Source of the DNA: Alphaproteobacteria bacterium
Lineage (GTDB): Bacteria; Pseudomonadota; Alphaproteobacteria; Holosporales; JBOFFI01
Assembly: GCA_051648545.1 (NCBI GenBank)
Contig: JBOFFI010000035.1
Coordinates: forward strand, 4,225 to 68,224
Direction: 5' to 3'
DNA: 64,000 bases
Shown: positions 40,201 through 49,810 of the stretch, in pieces
Layout of the letters: each line of letters opens with the position of its first letter
Position numbering within the stretch: the stretch's first letter is position 1
The notes under the pieces: generated by a model
Database searches by the model: none
What the model saw: the letters and a program-made list of their open reading frames with translations, nothing else
Told to the model about the DNA's origin: nothing
Position numbers and translations under genes: made by a program

Positions 40201-40378
40201 TCAGCTTTTAAGCAAAATTCCCCTTTTAGGAGACTTTCTCTTTGGCGTCCAGGGAAGGGGGCTTCTCGCGACACATTTTGCGATTAAGGGGTCTATAGAT
40301 AACCCTGTGGTGGAAGTAAATCCGCTATCTTCTTTTGCTCCTGGGTTTCTTCAGGGTGCTTTAGAAGACCCCTCTTAA
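37280..40378 (+). CDS. Large AsmA-like/YhdP-type (DUF3971-like) envelope protein
   Basis: 1032 aa. N-terminal TM anchor (LLISVFFGAVGVLVLLLLFL), a long beta-rich body, and a conserved C-terminal GSIDNPVVEVNPLS. Family assignment is by architecture. Confidence 0.6.
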   Translation: MGIHPFLQHVNKALKFLGRLLISVFFGAVGVLVLLLLFLSQRPLPLDPLVPWIQSHVSHEVQGLTFQSAQLNWRRWDSPFEIQLQKIELPGHGLKTLKLDKLGIRLSLKSLLSGNTWVQGLAIPRPELLWRAFSGNAIPEGPSGNTEAAIKNFLQSEFWKRLEEIELTDINLPFPVKLSGLSFYPPPFHIYLYKKDPMTLGFDMGYQGKKAFLQGDITFLPEQHQLAFSANWKDFKLRLATRERIFKPVMSWLAQVPLLSGNLEGAYDVSKDMLTPIRATLQTAEGNFIFSPMAKGNSQTISLGKSHVALHIMPEKITLTEGLLALEDKTFALKGEALLPKEKSAQFNLQLLGEIPLPFLQKIWPPQLAIKPRTWIFENLSEGGIHTVNLLYKPGSDSQKQDFSGSMALEGLTVDYLPGMPKARDVSGKATFDTKIFSIVFSHATLQDQNLEKGKLVIDGLDQVDQTLSTDLEFKGSIPDLLEIISHKPLEYPQKFDLVSKDFKGSSKTLLKLHFPLESDLEIEEIQVAVEANLNNVDVALNVGAQEGTKLPIQKGMFKLSVSPKKLKLEGPAVVNSHPAKIQWEEVFGEKGSSRYQLTYTLTPDFLNTFGLDVKGFAEGSASASLIYEKKGADSQKGSLSILCDLKATKLDVPFLNWKKPLGEESQLRTSLDTLKNGEFHVRGLTLTSKQVHLEGSATLSPDYTPKEVLLSKIQAPRWNAHASFQVRKQGKQKLYEVKLRGKEADLSPLLKSPSSQKSFLKQGDRLSVQVEFDQVQGAHQQAAKGVTAWLKGRQFLENFGWETIVASGYLPSMRKTQAPPHENDIFLIEWKPKEEGTSLEVRSYQAGRFLKFANIYPNVISGELLLTASRPSLLDPFKGRLRMKNFRVLEMPTLLNLLSLAPLFNFFEMFSPKEGMLFGSLSAYFSADLANSILIHKALARNKSIGIFFQGSLKPSQNSVALEGSMAPAYLLYQLLSKIPLLGDFLFGVQGRGLLATHFAIKGSIDNPVVEVNPLSSFAPGFLQGALEDPS

Positions 40379-40384
40379 AAAAGT

Positions 40385-40963
40385 CTAACTTTGTCGAAGC
40401 ATGTGAAAAAATGGTAAAACATAGGTCAGCGCGTTATCAAGAAAAGCAAGGGTTGCTGGAGAATCTGGCGATTCATCTTGAAGCCATTGCCTAAACCCAA
40501 GAAGGTAGAGGCCAAGTAGGAGGGGCATCCCAAGGGTTTGGGTGCAGGCGGGCGCATCTCTAAAGGAAACTTCTGCCATAAATTTAACGTAACCCAAAAC
40601 TTTTCTTGAGACAGCACACGCCAAACTAGGGTCTCTTAAAGAAGCTTCATAAATCTCTTTGCACCATGTTTTGTAAGGTGCTAAAACTTCAAGTCTTGCA
40701 AGGATCAGCTCAAAAATCTGGTCTTTTAAGCTCTCAAGCCCCTCCAGACAAACCTGATTCCGTGCTTTTTCATCTACGTAAACCAAGAAACGCGATAGAA
40801 ACACTTCCTTGGAAGGAAACAGGGCCTTAACAACATGGAGGGACACTTCTGCCCGCTGCGCAACGTGTTCAAAGGAAAACGTTTCCCAGCCTTCTTGGGC
40901 AGCGCAGGCCAAACCAGCCTCAAAGATTGCACCCTCTGTGGGGTCTTCAAATTCTGGTATCAT
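40385..40963 (-). CDS. TetR-fold / COQ9-like protein (uncertain)
   Basis: 192 aa. N-terminal helix-turn-helix-like segment GWETFSFEHVAQRAEVSLHVVKALFPSKEVFLSRF resembles the alphaproteobacterial rpsU-divergently-transcribed/COQ9 family. Confidence 0.35.
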   Translation of the reverse strand: MIPEFEDPTEGAIFEAGLACAAQEGWETFSFEHVAQRAEVSLHVVKALFPSKEVFLSRFLVYVDEKARNQVCLEGLESLKDQIFELILARLEVLAPYKTWCKEIYEASLRDPSLACAVSRKVLGYVKFMAEVSFRDAPACTQTLGMPLLLGLYLLGFRQWLQDESPDSPATLAFLDNALTYVLPFFHMLRQS

Positions 40964-40994
40964 CTTTCACATCCTTCACCACCACATTCAAACA

Positions 40995-41071
40995 TGGTGC
41001 GCCCAGCGGGAATTGAACCCACGACCCCAGGATTAGGAATCCTGTGCTCTATCCAACTGAGCTACAGGCGC
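40995..41071 (-). tRNA. tRNA-Arg (anticodon CCU)
   Basis: 77-nt hand-folded cloverleaf: GCGCCTG-TA-GCTC-AGTTGGATA-GAGC-A-CAGGA-TTCCTAA-TCCTG-GGGTC-GTGGG-TTCAATT-CCCGC-TGGGCGC-A-CCA. Confidence 0.85.
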
Positions 41072-41259
41072 ACGATATGTACATTCACTATTATATACAT
41101 GATCTTAAGGTTGAAGAATATGAAATTATTCATCTGATTCATATCTAAAAAAAACGTTTTAATTCAAATAAATAATCAAAAAAATTTTCAACCAATTGAT
41201 TTTATGCAAAATTAAAAAAACTATTAAAATTAACTTATTATTTTTAAAGGATAAATTCT

Positions 41260-41925
41260 TTGGATGCATTGAGAGTTATCATTTTCTTAGCTATATATTT
41301 TTCAAGTCTCTCTCAAATTGTAGCTGGCAGGCAATGCTTCCGAGGTATCGAAATTCTTGAAATTAAAGGTCCTTCTGTCATGGTCAAACGGCATGCGTCA
41401 CCTGAAGAATCTGTAATTTTAGTGGATTTTCCTGGTGAAGCCCCAGCACTCTATCGCATATCAAAACGCCTCACGATCATTCAAGTCTTTTTTGACCAGC
41501 CCCTTACCGTTTTTCTTCCCCAAAAACCTCTCGAACATTTAACTTGTGAAGCCTATTTTGAAGCTTGGAATATTGAACGTACCCTTGAACCCCTCACGCT
41601 TAAGGTGAAAGGAGAAAGAGCACATATGACCCTCCTTGAACACATCGATGCTGACATTGATGCGGTTGTTTCTGACGCTGGATCCATTCTTATTGGTGTT
41701 TTAGAGGCCCCATTTGCAAAACTTACAGTCACCGCTTCAGAACATGGAAGCTTTGAGGCTTTTGGAAAAATTGGATCTTGCAGTGGGTCTACGTCCACTT
41801 CAGGGCTTATTGCATTTACAGGTGAAATTGCCAATCCACCTGCGATTGTTCCTATGGACGAAGGTTCTGTAGTGGGTGTTCGAGGGGGGTCGTGCTATAT
41901 AGAAAATCATGTAAATTCAAAGTAA
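41260..41925 (+). CDS. Secreted orphan protein
   Basis: 221 aa. TTG start after a roughly 190-bp AT-rich spacer. Signal-like ALRVIIFLAIYFSSLSQIVAG. I recognise no family. Confidence 0.45.
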   Translation: MDALRVIIFLAIYFSSLSQIVAGRQCFRGIEILEIKGPSVMVKRHASPEESVILVDFPGEAPALYRISKRLTIIQVFFDQPLTVFLPQKPLEHLTCEAYFEAWNIERTLEPLTLKVKGERAHMTLLEHIDADIDAVVSDAGSILIGVLEAPFAKLTVTASEHGSFEAFGKIGSCSGSTSTSGLIAFTGEIANPPAIVPMDEGSVVGVRGGSCYIENHVNSK

Positions 41926-44112
41926 TTTTCGCTTTTCAGAGACAACCCAAGGTCGGTTCCCTTGGATATCTCGGCCATGTTTGACGCGTATCCCATCTTC
42001 CGTCAACCAAACCATATAACTTCCGTTGCGTTTTAAATCAAGGGAATGAATGTTCAAAGAATTGCCAGGACATGGTTTTCCAAAGGGCGCCAAACTGACG
42101 GCTAAATCCATATCCTGGCAAGATTTTAGAGAGTTGATGCGTTTGGCAAGCAACAGCTTCCAGGTTTTTTTTCCCAAAGTATAGGTGAGTTGACAGGCTT
42201 CTCCATCACATTTCCAAGGAAACGTGATGGAGTGGTAAGGAAATAACTGAGGGGAGGGCACTTTTTCTCCAATTTCCTGCTTCCACGCTTCTAAAATGAA
42301 TGCTTTTTTGGGTTGGTCTGAAACCCACAGGGTTTTTTTGGGATCATCCCAAAAAGCCATCAGCTTACCTTCTGCATCGACCCATAAGTTCGGCAATGGG
42401 TATCGGTAAAAAAGGAAAGACCCCCAAGCGATTAGGACAAACCCAAGCCATCGCAAATGGGTTCGCCATAGGCTTAGCCACAAATTCCCTAGCGTCATCA
42501 AGATGATAGCTAGGGGAGGCATCAGGGGAACCTGCACCAAGGCCCCTGGCCAAGAGCTGATTTCTTTGGCAATCCACGCCAAAAGCCATAACCCTTTGCT
42601 TAAAAAAGGGAGGGTTAAGGGAACATCTTGAACCAGGGTTAAAAAGCAGGTGCTCACCGCCAGGGGCATCAACACAAATGTTGTGAGGGGAATACAGAGA
42701 AAATTGGTGATAATCCCTTGAAGGGTAAACTGATGAAACGTTGACATCGTATAGGGGGTTGTGGCGAAATCTGCTGCCATGGTGGAGATGCAGCATCCCA
42801 AACAATAAAAAAGAAAGCGCCTGAACCTGCCAGCTTCGCTTCCCTTAAAATCTTGAATTTTCTTCCCCAGCATTTCATAGCTGGCGATGAGTGAAACAAC
42901 TGCAGCAAAGGAAAGTTGAAAACTTGGGCTAAATAAGGCTTCTGGCGTGATAAAGAGCACCGCTGTGGCAGCAGTCGTCACCAACCGCATGGTTAGGGCG
43001 GGGCGGTCCAAAAGCACGGCAAGCATCACCATGCCTGTCATCATGAAAGACCGTTGGGCTGGATAGGATGCTCCGGAAAGAATGAGGTAAATCCCTGTTC
43101 CCACCAGAGAAAAGCAAGCTGCCAGCTTATGCAGCGGGAAGCGAAGCGCGATGCTTGGGATAAGCCCAAGGGTGGTGTGAACCAGCAAGAAAAAGATTCC
43201 TGCTACGATGGAAAGGTGAAGGCCTGAGATGGCTAAAATATGCGCGATCCCTGAACCTGCAAAGGCTTGGCTGACCTCTGGTGGCACGCTGGCTTTATCT
43301 CCCGTCACCAAAGCCGCCGCCAGGGCACCCGTGGGGGATGGCATCTGTTCCAGAAACAAACGTGTGAGGGTGTGCCGGCTGTTATCGAGGCGTATGCGCC
43401 AGGCGTCTTCAGGGGGGGAAACCAGCTTGGGCGGCGCTGTTGCAAAGCCTGTGGCAGAAAGCCCTTTAAAAAATGCTTGCATCCGAAATTCATAAGCATA
43501 GGGAGAAACCCCTCGGCGAAACGGAGAGATCAAGGCTTTAAGGTGCAACCGCTGTCCCACCCACAGGGGAAATGGAGTTTTTTTAATAACCACACGGATT
43601 TGGGTCATGGTTTTGGCGGCTTTTGCCGCTGAAGCTGAACGGGCTTGCTGAATGTCTAAATTTCCCAATACAATGCGATAAACAAGACCTTGAGACGTGG
43701 GCTGAAGGTGCTCAAGGGATTGGATTGTGCCCTCCAGGGTGACTTCCCCCAAATGCCTGTTCAGCATGGTTGGATTTTTGGAGAAGGTTTGGAGCTGGCT
43801 GAGCCCAAACCCAAGGGAAAATGCAAAAAAAGCTACACCTGCGCGTCGCCACCCGAGGGAAATAGACCACCCCAGGATCAAAGCCCCTATACCAAGGGCC
43901 AGGCCCGCGCAGGCTAATACAACAGGTGGTTCTTCGTTCAAGGAAAAATAGGTGAAGATTCCAAGCCCTAGAACGACGGGAAACCATAAAATCCAGCGAT
44001 CTTCTTCCCCTTCCCACAGCGTTAAAAAGCTTCGCCAAAAAGTCCATTTGTTAAAAAAGAGCTGAACCTCAAAGGTGGGGAACGGCTTAAAAAATCTTGG
44101 AAAAAGCATCAC
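41917..44112 (-). CDS. comEC: ComEC/Rec2 family competence channel protein
   Basis: 731 aa, polytopic membrane protein. The core LVTGDKASVPPEVSQAFAGSGIAHILAISGLHLSIV is typical of the ComEC competence domain. I saw no HxHxDH MBL domain. Confidence 0.8.
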   Translation of the reverse strand: MMLFPRFFKPFPTFEVQLFFNKWTFWRSFLTLWEGEEDRWILWFPVVLGLGIFTYFSLNEEPPVVLACAGLALGIGALILGWSISLGWRRAGVAFFAFSLGFGLSQLQTFSKNPTMLNRHLGEVTLEGTIQSLEHLQPTSQGLVYRIVLGNLDIQQARSASAAKAAKTMTQIRVVIKKTPFPLWVGQRLHLKALISPFRRGVSPYAYEFRMQAFFKGLSATGFATAPPKLVSPPEDAWRIRLDNSRHTLTRLFLEQMPSPTGALAAALVTGDKASVPPEVSQAFAGSGIAHILAISGLHLSIVAGIFFLLVHTTLGLIPSIALRFPLHKLAACFSLVGTGIYLILSGASYPAQRSFMMTGMVMLAVLLDRPALTMRLVTTAATAVLFITPEALFSPSFQLSFAAVVSLIASYEMLGKKIQDFKGSEAGRFRRFLFYCLGCCISTMAADFATTPYTMSTFHQFTLQGIITNFLCIPLTTFVLMPLAVSTCFLTLVQDVPLTLPFLSKGLWLLAWIAKEISSWPGALVQVPLMPPLAIILMTLGNLWLSLWRTHLRWLGFVLIAWGSFLFYRYPLPNLWVDAEGKLMAFWDDPKKTLWVSDQPKKAFILEAWKQEIGEKVPSPQLFPYHSITFPWKCDGEACQLTYTLGKKTWKLLLAKRINSLKSCQDMDLAVSLAPFGKPCPGNSLNIHSLDLKRNGSYMVWLTEDGIRVKHGRDIQGNRPWVVSEKRKLL

Positions 44113-44283
44113 CTTTGTTAGTAAATTCCCTGACGAATCATTTTTTATGTTTTGCTGCCGCTGCTTTAAATGCCGCAGTCATGGGCGCAATATAGCTTTG
44201 ACCAACCGATAATTCAAGATTTTTTAATGTGTTGAGAAGGGAAGCAATTCTCAAAATTTTCTATTAAAAAGCGCCACGCGTAT

Positions 44284-44312
44284 TTGACAAATCGTTTTTT
44301 TTATTGTAACAA
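44284..44312 (+). promoter_or_regulatory. Sigma70-like promoter for the 44387 gene
   Basis: TTGACA (44284-44289), a 17-nt spacer, then TAACAA (44307-44312). Confidence 0.4.
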
Positions 44313-44386
44313 TAGGCTAAAAAAAAGGGTTTAATTTCAATGTTATGTTCCAAAACCCTATAAAAATAATCAGGAGGATTTTTTCA

Positions 44387-45142
44387 GTGAAACAATCTCA
44401 TTTAAAACCCAGCCGGCACTCGCTTTTCAGCTTCACAACCTTGGCTTTATTAACCAGCACCCTGTCTCCAACAGCTGCAGCTTACGCAGGACCTCAGAAT
44501 TATGAAGTGGAAAAAACCAAACCCATAAAAAAACCCCTACCTGCAGGGGTTGATTGCGAAGGAATGCAACAGCGTCTGGCAAAAGCTGTGACTTCGTTGC
44601 TGAAGACACAGGAAGAGGCGATTTATCAGCGCTTTTTGAACGGTGTTTTAATATATCGTCCAGACCCTAACAGCGATGTGGGGAAAGTTGAATTTCGGAT
44701 CGCAGATTTTGAGAATCCTTTGGAGGGAACCTTTGATTTTTCAAGATGTGGAGATACGTGGCAGTACCTCAGCATCTCCACGGGATATCGGAAAAAATTT
44801 GTCTTTGTCAATAAAAGCAAGGTCGAGATTTTTATCACCCCCCGATTCTTGGTTGAGGGGAACCTTACCGGCGATGCCAGCTATTTTAAGTCTATCATGA
44901 ATGGCTGGAATGGGCGACAAGCTCCCGTAGGACTTATGTTCAACTGGGGAGGTTGGAATGAGATGTTGGGTGAGCGACATTATGATTATCTCACGACCGA
45001 AAGCATGGATCAGCTTTCAAATGGTGAAAATTTTTATAGCAAATGGAATAGCGCCCAACCAACTCCCTCAGTTGTAATGCACCATTCATGGCGCCACACC
45101 CATGTCATGGAAAAATTTTCTCTCAAATTTCCAGCCAAATAA
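44387..45142 (+). CDS. Secreted orphan protein
   Basis: The track ORF opens at ATG 44345. The GTG at 44387 sits 8 nt after AGGAGGA and gives a signal peptide (LFSFTTLALLTSTLSPTAAAYA/GP), 251 aa. No recognisable family. Confidence 0.55.
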   Translation: MKQSHLKPSRHSLFSFTTLALLTSTLSPTAAAYAGPQNYEVEKTKPIKKPLPAGVDCEGMQQRLAKAVTSLLKTQEEAIYQRFLNGVLIYRPDPNSDVGKVEFRIADFENPLEGTFDFSRCGDTWQYLSISTGYRKKFVFVNKSKVEIFITPRFLVEGNLTGDASYFKSIMNGWNGRQAPVGLMFNWGGWNEMLGERHYDYLTTESMDQLSNGENFYSKWNSAQPTPSVVMHHSWRHTHVMEKFSLKFPAK

Positions 45143-45259
45143 GGTTACTTTTACGTAAGGCTCCAGCTGTCACGGGTTTGAGCCCCGCGGGTCAATCTTC
45201 AACATAGAAAGAGGCTGGGCCCGTGGGGTTTGTATGAGCAGCAGTTTCGTTTCGCTACT

Positions 45260-45766
45260 TTAAATTTTTTTTGATAAACACCGCTGTTGAACCGCCGCCG
45301 CGATGGCTGGCGAAACAAAAGGGCTGATGTCGCCTCCTAGGCAAGCAATTTCTTTAATGACTCGAGAAGAAACATATTGATAACGTTCAGACGCCATCAA
45401 AAAAACGGTTTCAATCCCTTGCTGAAGGCGTGCATTCAACCAAGCCATCTGAAATTCATATTCAAAATCTGAAAGGGCGCGCAGGCCACGCACAATCACA
45501 TCTGCCTGTTGGTCTTTTACAAAATGCACCAAAAGCCCTGCAAAAGGCCTCACCTGAACCCGTTGTTGGTCCTGGCTGGGGAGGGTTCGTATTTCTTGTT
45601 CCAAAAAAGCCACACGCTCTTGTAGGGAAAAAAACGGCTGTTTTGGTATGTTTTCAGCCACCCCCACCACCAAGGTATCAAACAAATTTAAAGCACGTTG
45701 GATGATGTCCAAATGCCCTTGGGTGATGGGGTCAAACGTGCCAGGGTATACACCTTTACGTTGCAT
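45260..45766 (-). CDS. coaD: Phosphopantetheine adenylyltransferase
   Basis: The ATG at 45766 gives MQRKGVYPGTFDPITQGHLDII (the track start at 45784 adds 6 aa). Confidence 0.9.
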   Translation of the reverse strand: MQRKGVYPGTFDPITQGHLDIIQRALNLFDTLVVGVAENIPKQPFFSLQERVAFLEQEIRTLPSQDQQRVQVRPFAGLLVHFVKDQQADVIVRGLRALSDFEYEFQMAWLNARLQQGIETVFLMASERYQYVSSRVIKEIACLGGDISPFVSPAIAAAVQQRCLSKKI

Positions 45767-45811
45767 CGTAGCTTTTTTTCTCAAAGAATTGAAAGGGAGA
45801 AAGATTGGGCT

Positions 45812-46597
45812 TCATAGCTCTTCTTTCACAACAGGCGTTCCATTGAGGGCATAGACGAGCTGCTCCAGCTTGCCGCGCACTTCCTTTAAGACATAGGGGT
45901 CTTGGTGACGCGCCACCAAACTGGTGCCAATCTTACCCTGGTGAAAAAAGGGGTAGCTGCCGATGGACACATGGGGATATTGTTTTTGAATGTCTTCAAG
46001 CTGTTGGGCCAAGCGGCTTTCACCGATTAAACAAGAAACGGTCTCACTGTGAAAAGAGGGCCCGTGCTGAATGCGGGGTAGGATGCCATCAAGCATGGCG
46101 CGCATGATAGAGGGAACGCCCGCCAAAACATACACATTTTCTACACAAAAACCAGGAGCTCCCGAAGAAGGGTTCGCCACAGGGGTTGCGCCTTTGGGGA
46201 AAAAAGCCATCTTCAATCGGGAAGGGGTCACATTTTCTTTTCCATAATGTGTTTCCAGCATGCCTTGGGCTTCAGAATTTAAGAGCAGCTCACGACCAAA
46301 GGCGTGGGCGATGGCCTCCGCCGTGATATCATCATGGGTGGGGCCAATCCCCCCTGTGGTGAAGACATAATCGTAGGCTTCATGATATTCTTTGACGACT
46401 TTAGCAATTCTTGGAACGATATCTGGCACAAAACGGGCCTCGACTAAACTGACCCCGTGATCCCCCAATTTTTGGGCGATATAAGGCAGATTAGCATCCG
46501 TTGTGCGACCTGATAAAATTTCATTCCCAATAATAACGACCGCAGCCGTTGGCGCTTGCCCTGCTGCTCTCATATTTAGCTGTGGATGTGCGTCCAT
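45812..46597 (-). CDS. CinA-like molybdopterin-binding (MoCF-biosynthesis) domain protein
   Basis: 261 aa. IIGNEILSGRTTDANLPYIAQKL and TTGGIGPTHDDIT are typical of the CinA N-terminal domain. No C-terminal deamidase domain. Confidence 0.75.
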   Translation of the reverse strand: MDAHPQLNMRAAGQAPTAAVVIIGNEILSGRTTDANLPYIAQKLGDHGVSLVEARFVPDIVPRIAKVVKEYHEAYDYVFTTGGIGPTHDDITAEAIAHAFGRELLLNSEAQGMLETHYGKENVTPSRLKMAFFPKGATPVANPSSGAPGFCVENVYVLAGVPSIMRAMLDGILPRIQHGPSFHSETVSCLIGESRLAQQLEDIQKQYPHVSIGSYPFFHQGKIGTSLVARHQDPYVLKEVRGKLEQLVYALNGTPVVKEEL

Positions 46598-46759
46598 GTT
46601 GCCTCCTCTTTTAAAGCACGAGTCTGGCTCCTCTTTTTAGAAAGCGTCTCGCTCTTTCGCGCCTATGAAAAATAGGTTTTTTCTCCCCTCAAATTTCTCT
46701 CATCATAAATTTTTTGAAAAATAATAGCAACTTCAAAACCAGAAAGGATTATTTTCTGA

Positions 46760-47506
46760 TTAGGCATCTTCAAGGGCTGTAACGTTTCCGTTTTCAACTT
46801 TGCCATGGATTTTGGAATCTGAAGATTTAAAAATTTTGCAAGGAACCGAAGATTTTTTTGAAAAAATCACATTGCCTTGGAGGTGGGTTCCTTTTAATAA
46901 ATATATCCGCGGAGGCTTTTGGCCATGAAGGCGTTTAAGGTGCAGATCTCCTTGAATATCGCATCCGGATAAAATAACCTTAGACCCCCTCACAGTTATT
47001 TTATTGTAAAAAGAAGAATTTTTGCCCCCCAGATCCCCTGAAACTGTTGTGATGCCAGAAATTTTTGTGTTCTCTAAGTTAGCAGACCCTTTTACATTTA
47101 ATTCCTTAAACACACCATGCCTGCTGTTTAAAAGCCCTTCTACACTGACTTTATGGGCCTCCACATGGGATAGTTGTAAAGAGCCAAAGGATTGGAGATT
47201 TCCTGAAAACGTGAGGGTACTAAACACGCCTGGGCCGTATAGCGTGATGGAAGGCTTTTTCCCAAATTCTGTCAGTTTAGAAAAAATGGGGTGCTTTTTG
47301 GTTTTGTCTGGAATAGGCTTCAAATTTTCAAAAATGGCTTCAAATGCCTCAATATCTGTTTGAGATCCAGCATTGTTTGAGCTGATGGGAGTCAGCTGTT
47401 GCATCCATTTAGGTGCATACGTCTCCAAGTGCTTTTGAAGCGAGGCTTGAGCAGCGCTAAAAAAGATGCAAAAAAAGGAGCCTAGAAAAAAGATTTTTAA
47501 TATCAT
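46760..47506 (-). CDS. Secreted orphan protein with beta-helix-like (bactofilin-like?) repeats
   Basis: 248 aa, signal peptide (ILKIFFLGSFFCIFFSAAQA). The C-terminal half has short G/V/I-patterned repeats (VSVEGLL, LNVKGSANL, ISGITTVSGDLGG, ITVRGSKVILSG, DIQGDLHL). Family uncertain. Confidence 0.4.
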   Translation of the reverse strand: MILKIFFLGSFFCIFFSAAQASLQKHLETYAPKWMQQLTPISSNNAGSQTDIEAFEAIFENLKPIPDKTKKHPIFSKLTEFGKKPSITLYGPGVFSTLTFSGNLQSFGSLQLSHVEAHKVSVEGLLNSRHGVFKELNVKGSANLENTKISGITTVSGDLGGKNSSFYNKITVRGSKVILSGCDIQGDLHLKRLHGQKPPRIYLLKGTHLQGNVIFSKKSSVPCKIFKSSDSKIHGKVENGNVTALEDA

Positions 47507-47641
47507 GTGTTTGTTTTTCCTGAGACAAAAGGAGCGTTTCTTTTCTAAAGAAAACCATAACTTTCTTAAAAGAACGTGAAAAAGACTTTGAAAAACAAAG
47601 GTTTTTTTATGTATTAAGGTTCTTTTTACGGATCAACGATG

Positions 47642-48109
47642 CTATCGCGTAATTAGACCGCCGCTGATGGCTTGACGGGCAAGGGTGTCTACGCGTTCAT
47701 TTTCAGGGTGTCCCGCATGGGCTTGGACCCATTCCCAGGTAAGGATATGTTTTTGGGTCAGATCCCATAATAGTTGCCATAAATCCACATTTTTAACCGG
47801 TTGACGGCTTGCTGTTTTCCACCCTCGAGCAAGCCATCCAGAGATCCACTGGGTGATACCGTCACGCACGTAAAGGCTGTCTGTATAAACAGTAGCAGTA
47901 GCCGTGGATTTTTCCGGAAGGCTCTCCAAAGCCCGAATCGCCGCCATCAATTCCATGCGATTGTTGGTGGTGGCTGGATCAAAGCCAGATAAAACAATTT
48001 CCTGTTTTTCAGGTACATAAATCAGAAAGGCCCATCCTCCCGGTCCTGGGTTACCCAAGCAGGAGCCATCTGTAAAAATGCGGTAAGGAACTGAAGACGC
48101 AACAGACAC
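47642..48109 (-). CDS. rnhA: Ribonuclease HI
   Basis: 155 aa. [15 protein letters not shown] and [11 protein letters not shown] are typical. Confidence 0.92.
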   Translation of the reverse strand: MSVASSVPYRIFTDGSCLGNPGPGGWAFLIYVPEKQEIVLSGFDPATTNNRMELMAAIRALESLPEKSTATATVYTDSLYVRDGITQWISGWLARGWKTASRQPVKNVDLWQLLWDLTQKHILTWEWVQAHAGHPENERVDTLARQAISGGLITR

Positions 48110-48136
48110 ACCAAACTCCTGTAAAAAAATTGCCGA

Positions 48137-49324
48137 TTACTGCTTCAGACAATACGCCAGAATTGCATTTAGGCGCAAGCGTCCTGCGGGGGTTACGCAG
48201 ATTTTTTCGGGTGTGTGCGTTAAAAATCCCTGGGTTACAAGGTGAGCAAATGCAGCTGGATTAACCCAGTTCTCAAACGAACTTCCGGTTTCATCCTGAA
48301 TGAGATCCAGCAAAACACCTTCTTTAAGGCGCAACCCCATGGAAAACAGTTCTAAAAAACGCTGCTCAGGTTCCAGGGGCGTCAGTTCTGAAACACCTTG
48401 GCCAACAGCCTCCACTTGAGCCAACCATTTCTCAGGCGTTTTATGGGTTTGGACTGCCCAGGTTTTAAGTCCTTCTTTAAGGCGCCCATGGGCGCCTGGC
48501 CCAATGCCTACATAAGGTTTTCCGCGCCAATAGCCTAAATTGTGGACAGAGGCTTCCCCAGGACTCGCATAATTAGAAATTTCATAGGCTTCTAATCCTT
48601 GGTTCTGGGTGAGCTGTTGGGTGATGTAAAACAGCGCTATGGCCGTTTCTTCCTCAGGCTCTTTCAAATCTCCTCGCTGGAAGCGCGTGTAAAAAGGTGT
48701 GCCGGGTTCATAGGTTAGCTGATAGAGCGACAGGTGCCGAGGTTTATACAACCGAAGGGCTTCTTCCAGTTCTTCTTCCCATGCTTGGGGAGTTTGGGTT
48801 GGAAGCGCGTAGATCAGGTCAAAAGAAAACCTTGGAAAGAGGCTAGAAGCCAAGTGAAGGGCTTGGTGGCTTTGGATTGGGGTGTGGTGTCGTCCTAAAA
48901 AAGCCAATTGTTCAGCCCGCAAAGATTGAATTCCCAAAGAAAGGCGATTCACGCCCCCTTCGCGGAATTGAGCAAATTTTTCGGCCTCCACAGAGGTAGG
49001 GTTGGCTTCTAAAGTAATTTCTATATCGTTTTCACAAATCCACAGGCTCTTAGCTTCTTGGATCAATGCTTGCACTGTTTCAGGAAGCATTAAAGAAGGT
49101 GTTCCCCCGCCGAAAAAAATGCTTTTCAAATGAAAAATGTCTGGGGTATTTGGATCAGCGTGTGTCTGCATCCATGCTGCCATCCAGCGCATCTCTTGGC
49201 GCAAAGCCTCCCGAAAACGGCTTTGGTCTACTTGGGAGCGCACATGGCTGTTAAAATCGCAATAGGGACACTTGGACAGACAAAACGGCCAGTGAATGTA
49301 AAGCCCGAAAGGGAGTGTAGCCAT
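48137..49324 (-). CDS. hemW: Radical-SAM heme chaperone HemW (HemN-like)
   Basis: 395 aa. YIHWPFCLSKCPYCDFNS (CxxxCxxC). Confidence 0.88.
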   Translation of the reverse strand: MATLPFGLYIHWPFCLSKCPYCDFNSHVRSQVDQSRFREALRQEMRWMAAWMQTHADPNTPDIFHLKSIFFGGGTPSLMLPETVQALIQEAKSLWICENDIEITLEANPTSVEAEKFAQFREGGVNRLSLGIQSLRAEQLAFLGRHHTPIQSHQALHLASSLFPRFSFDLIYALPTQTPQAWEEELEEALRLYKPRHLSLYQLTYEPGTPFYTRFQRGDLKEPEEETAIALFYITQQLTQNQGLEAYEISNYASPGEASVHNLGYWRGKPYVGIGPGAHGRLKEGLKTWAVQTHKTPEKWLAQVEAVGQGVSELTPLEPEQRFLELFSMGLRLKEGVLLDLIQDETGSSFENWVNPAAFAHLVTQGFLTHTPEKICVTPAGRLRLNAILAYCLKQ

Positions 49325-49369
49325 TTTTTAACGTCTTGCCCTCACAACCATGTCTCCAGTTAAGGTAAC

Positions 49370-49786
49370 TCAAGAACCAAGGGCTGCTTTTTCTAAATCT
49401 TGCACAACTTTAGGGTTGCGGAAAAGGTTTTCCAGGTGTTCAACCTCATCCAAAGACGTATCCAGCTTGAACCGAAGAACGGGGAGAAACTTTAACGTGA
49501 TTTTCCCAATCAAGAGCTTTTGAAAGGTAGAAGAGGCCTTCCCTAGGGCCTTCAACACGGCTTCCCGTTGCTCACCTCCAAGGGGCATCACGTAAACCGT
49601 CGCATAACGCAGATCTGGGCTTACCTCAACCTTCGTTATCGTCACGCTGACAGGCCCTAAACCCCGGGACCACTGATCATAATTCTGAAAAATCTCTGCA
49701 ACCACTTGACGCAACAGCTCACCGGCACGCCGCTGACGTTGGGATCTTCCGCCCTCTTGGTTTTTGATAATTCTTTGGAAAATCAT
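49370..49786 (-). CDS. rbfA: Ribosome-binding factor A
   Basis: 138 aa. Sits downstream of infB and has the VTITKVEVSPDLRYATVYV motif. Confidence 0.85.
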   Translation of the reverse strand: MIFQRIIKNQEGGRSQRQRRAGELLRQVVAEIFQNYDQWSRGLGPVSVTITKVEVSPDLRYATVYVMPLGGEQREAVLKALGKASSTFQKLLIGKITLKFLPVLRFKLDTSLDEVEHLENLFRNPKVVQDLEKAALGS

Positions 49787-49810
49787 AGCTTTTATGCACT
49801 CCTGTCAGTT

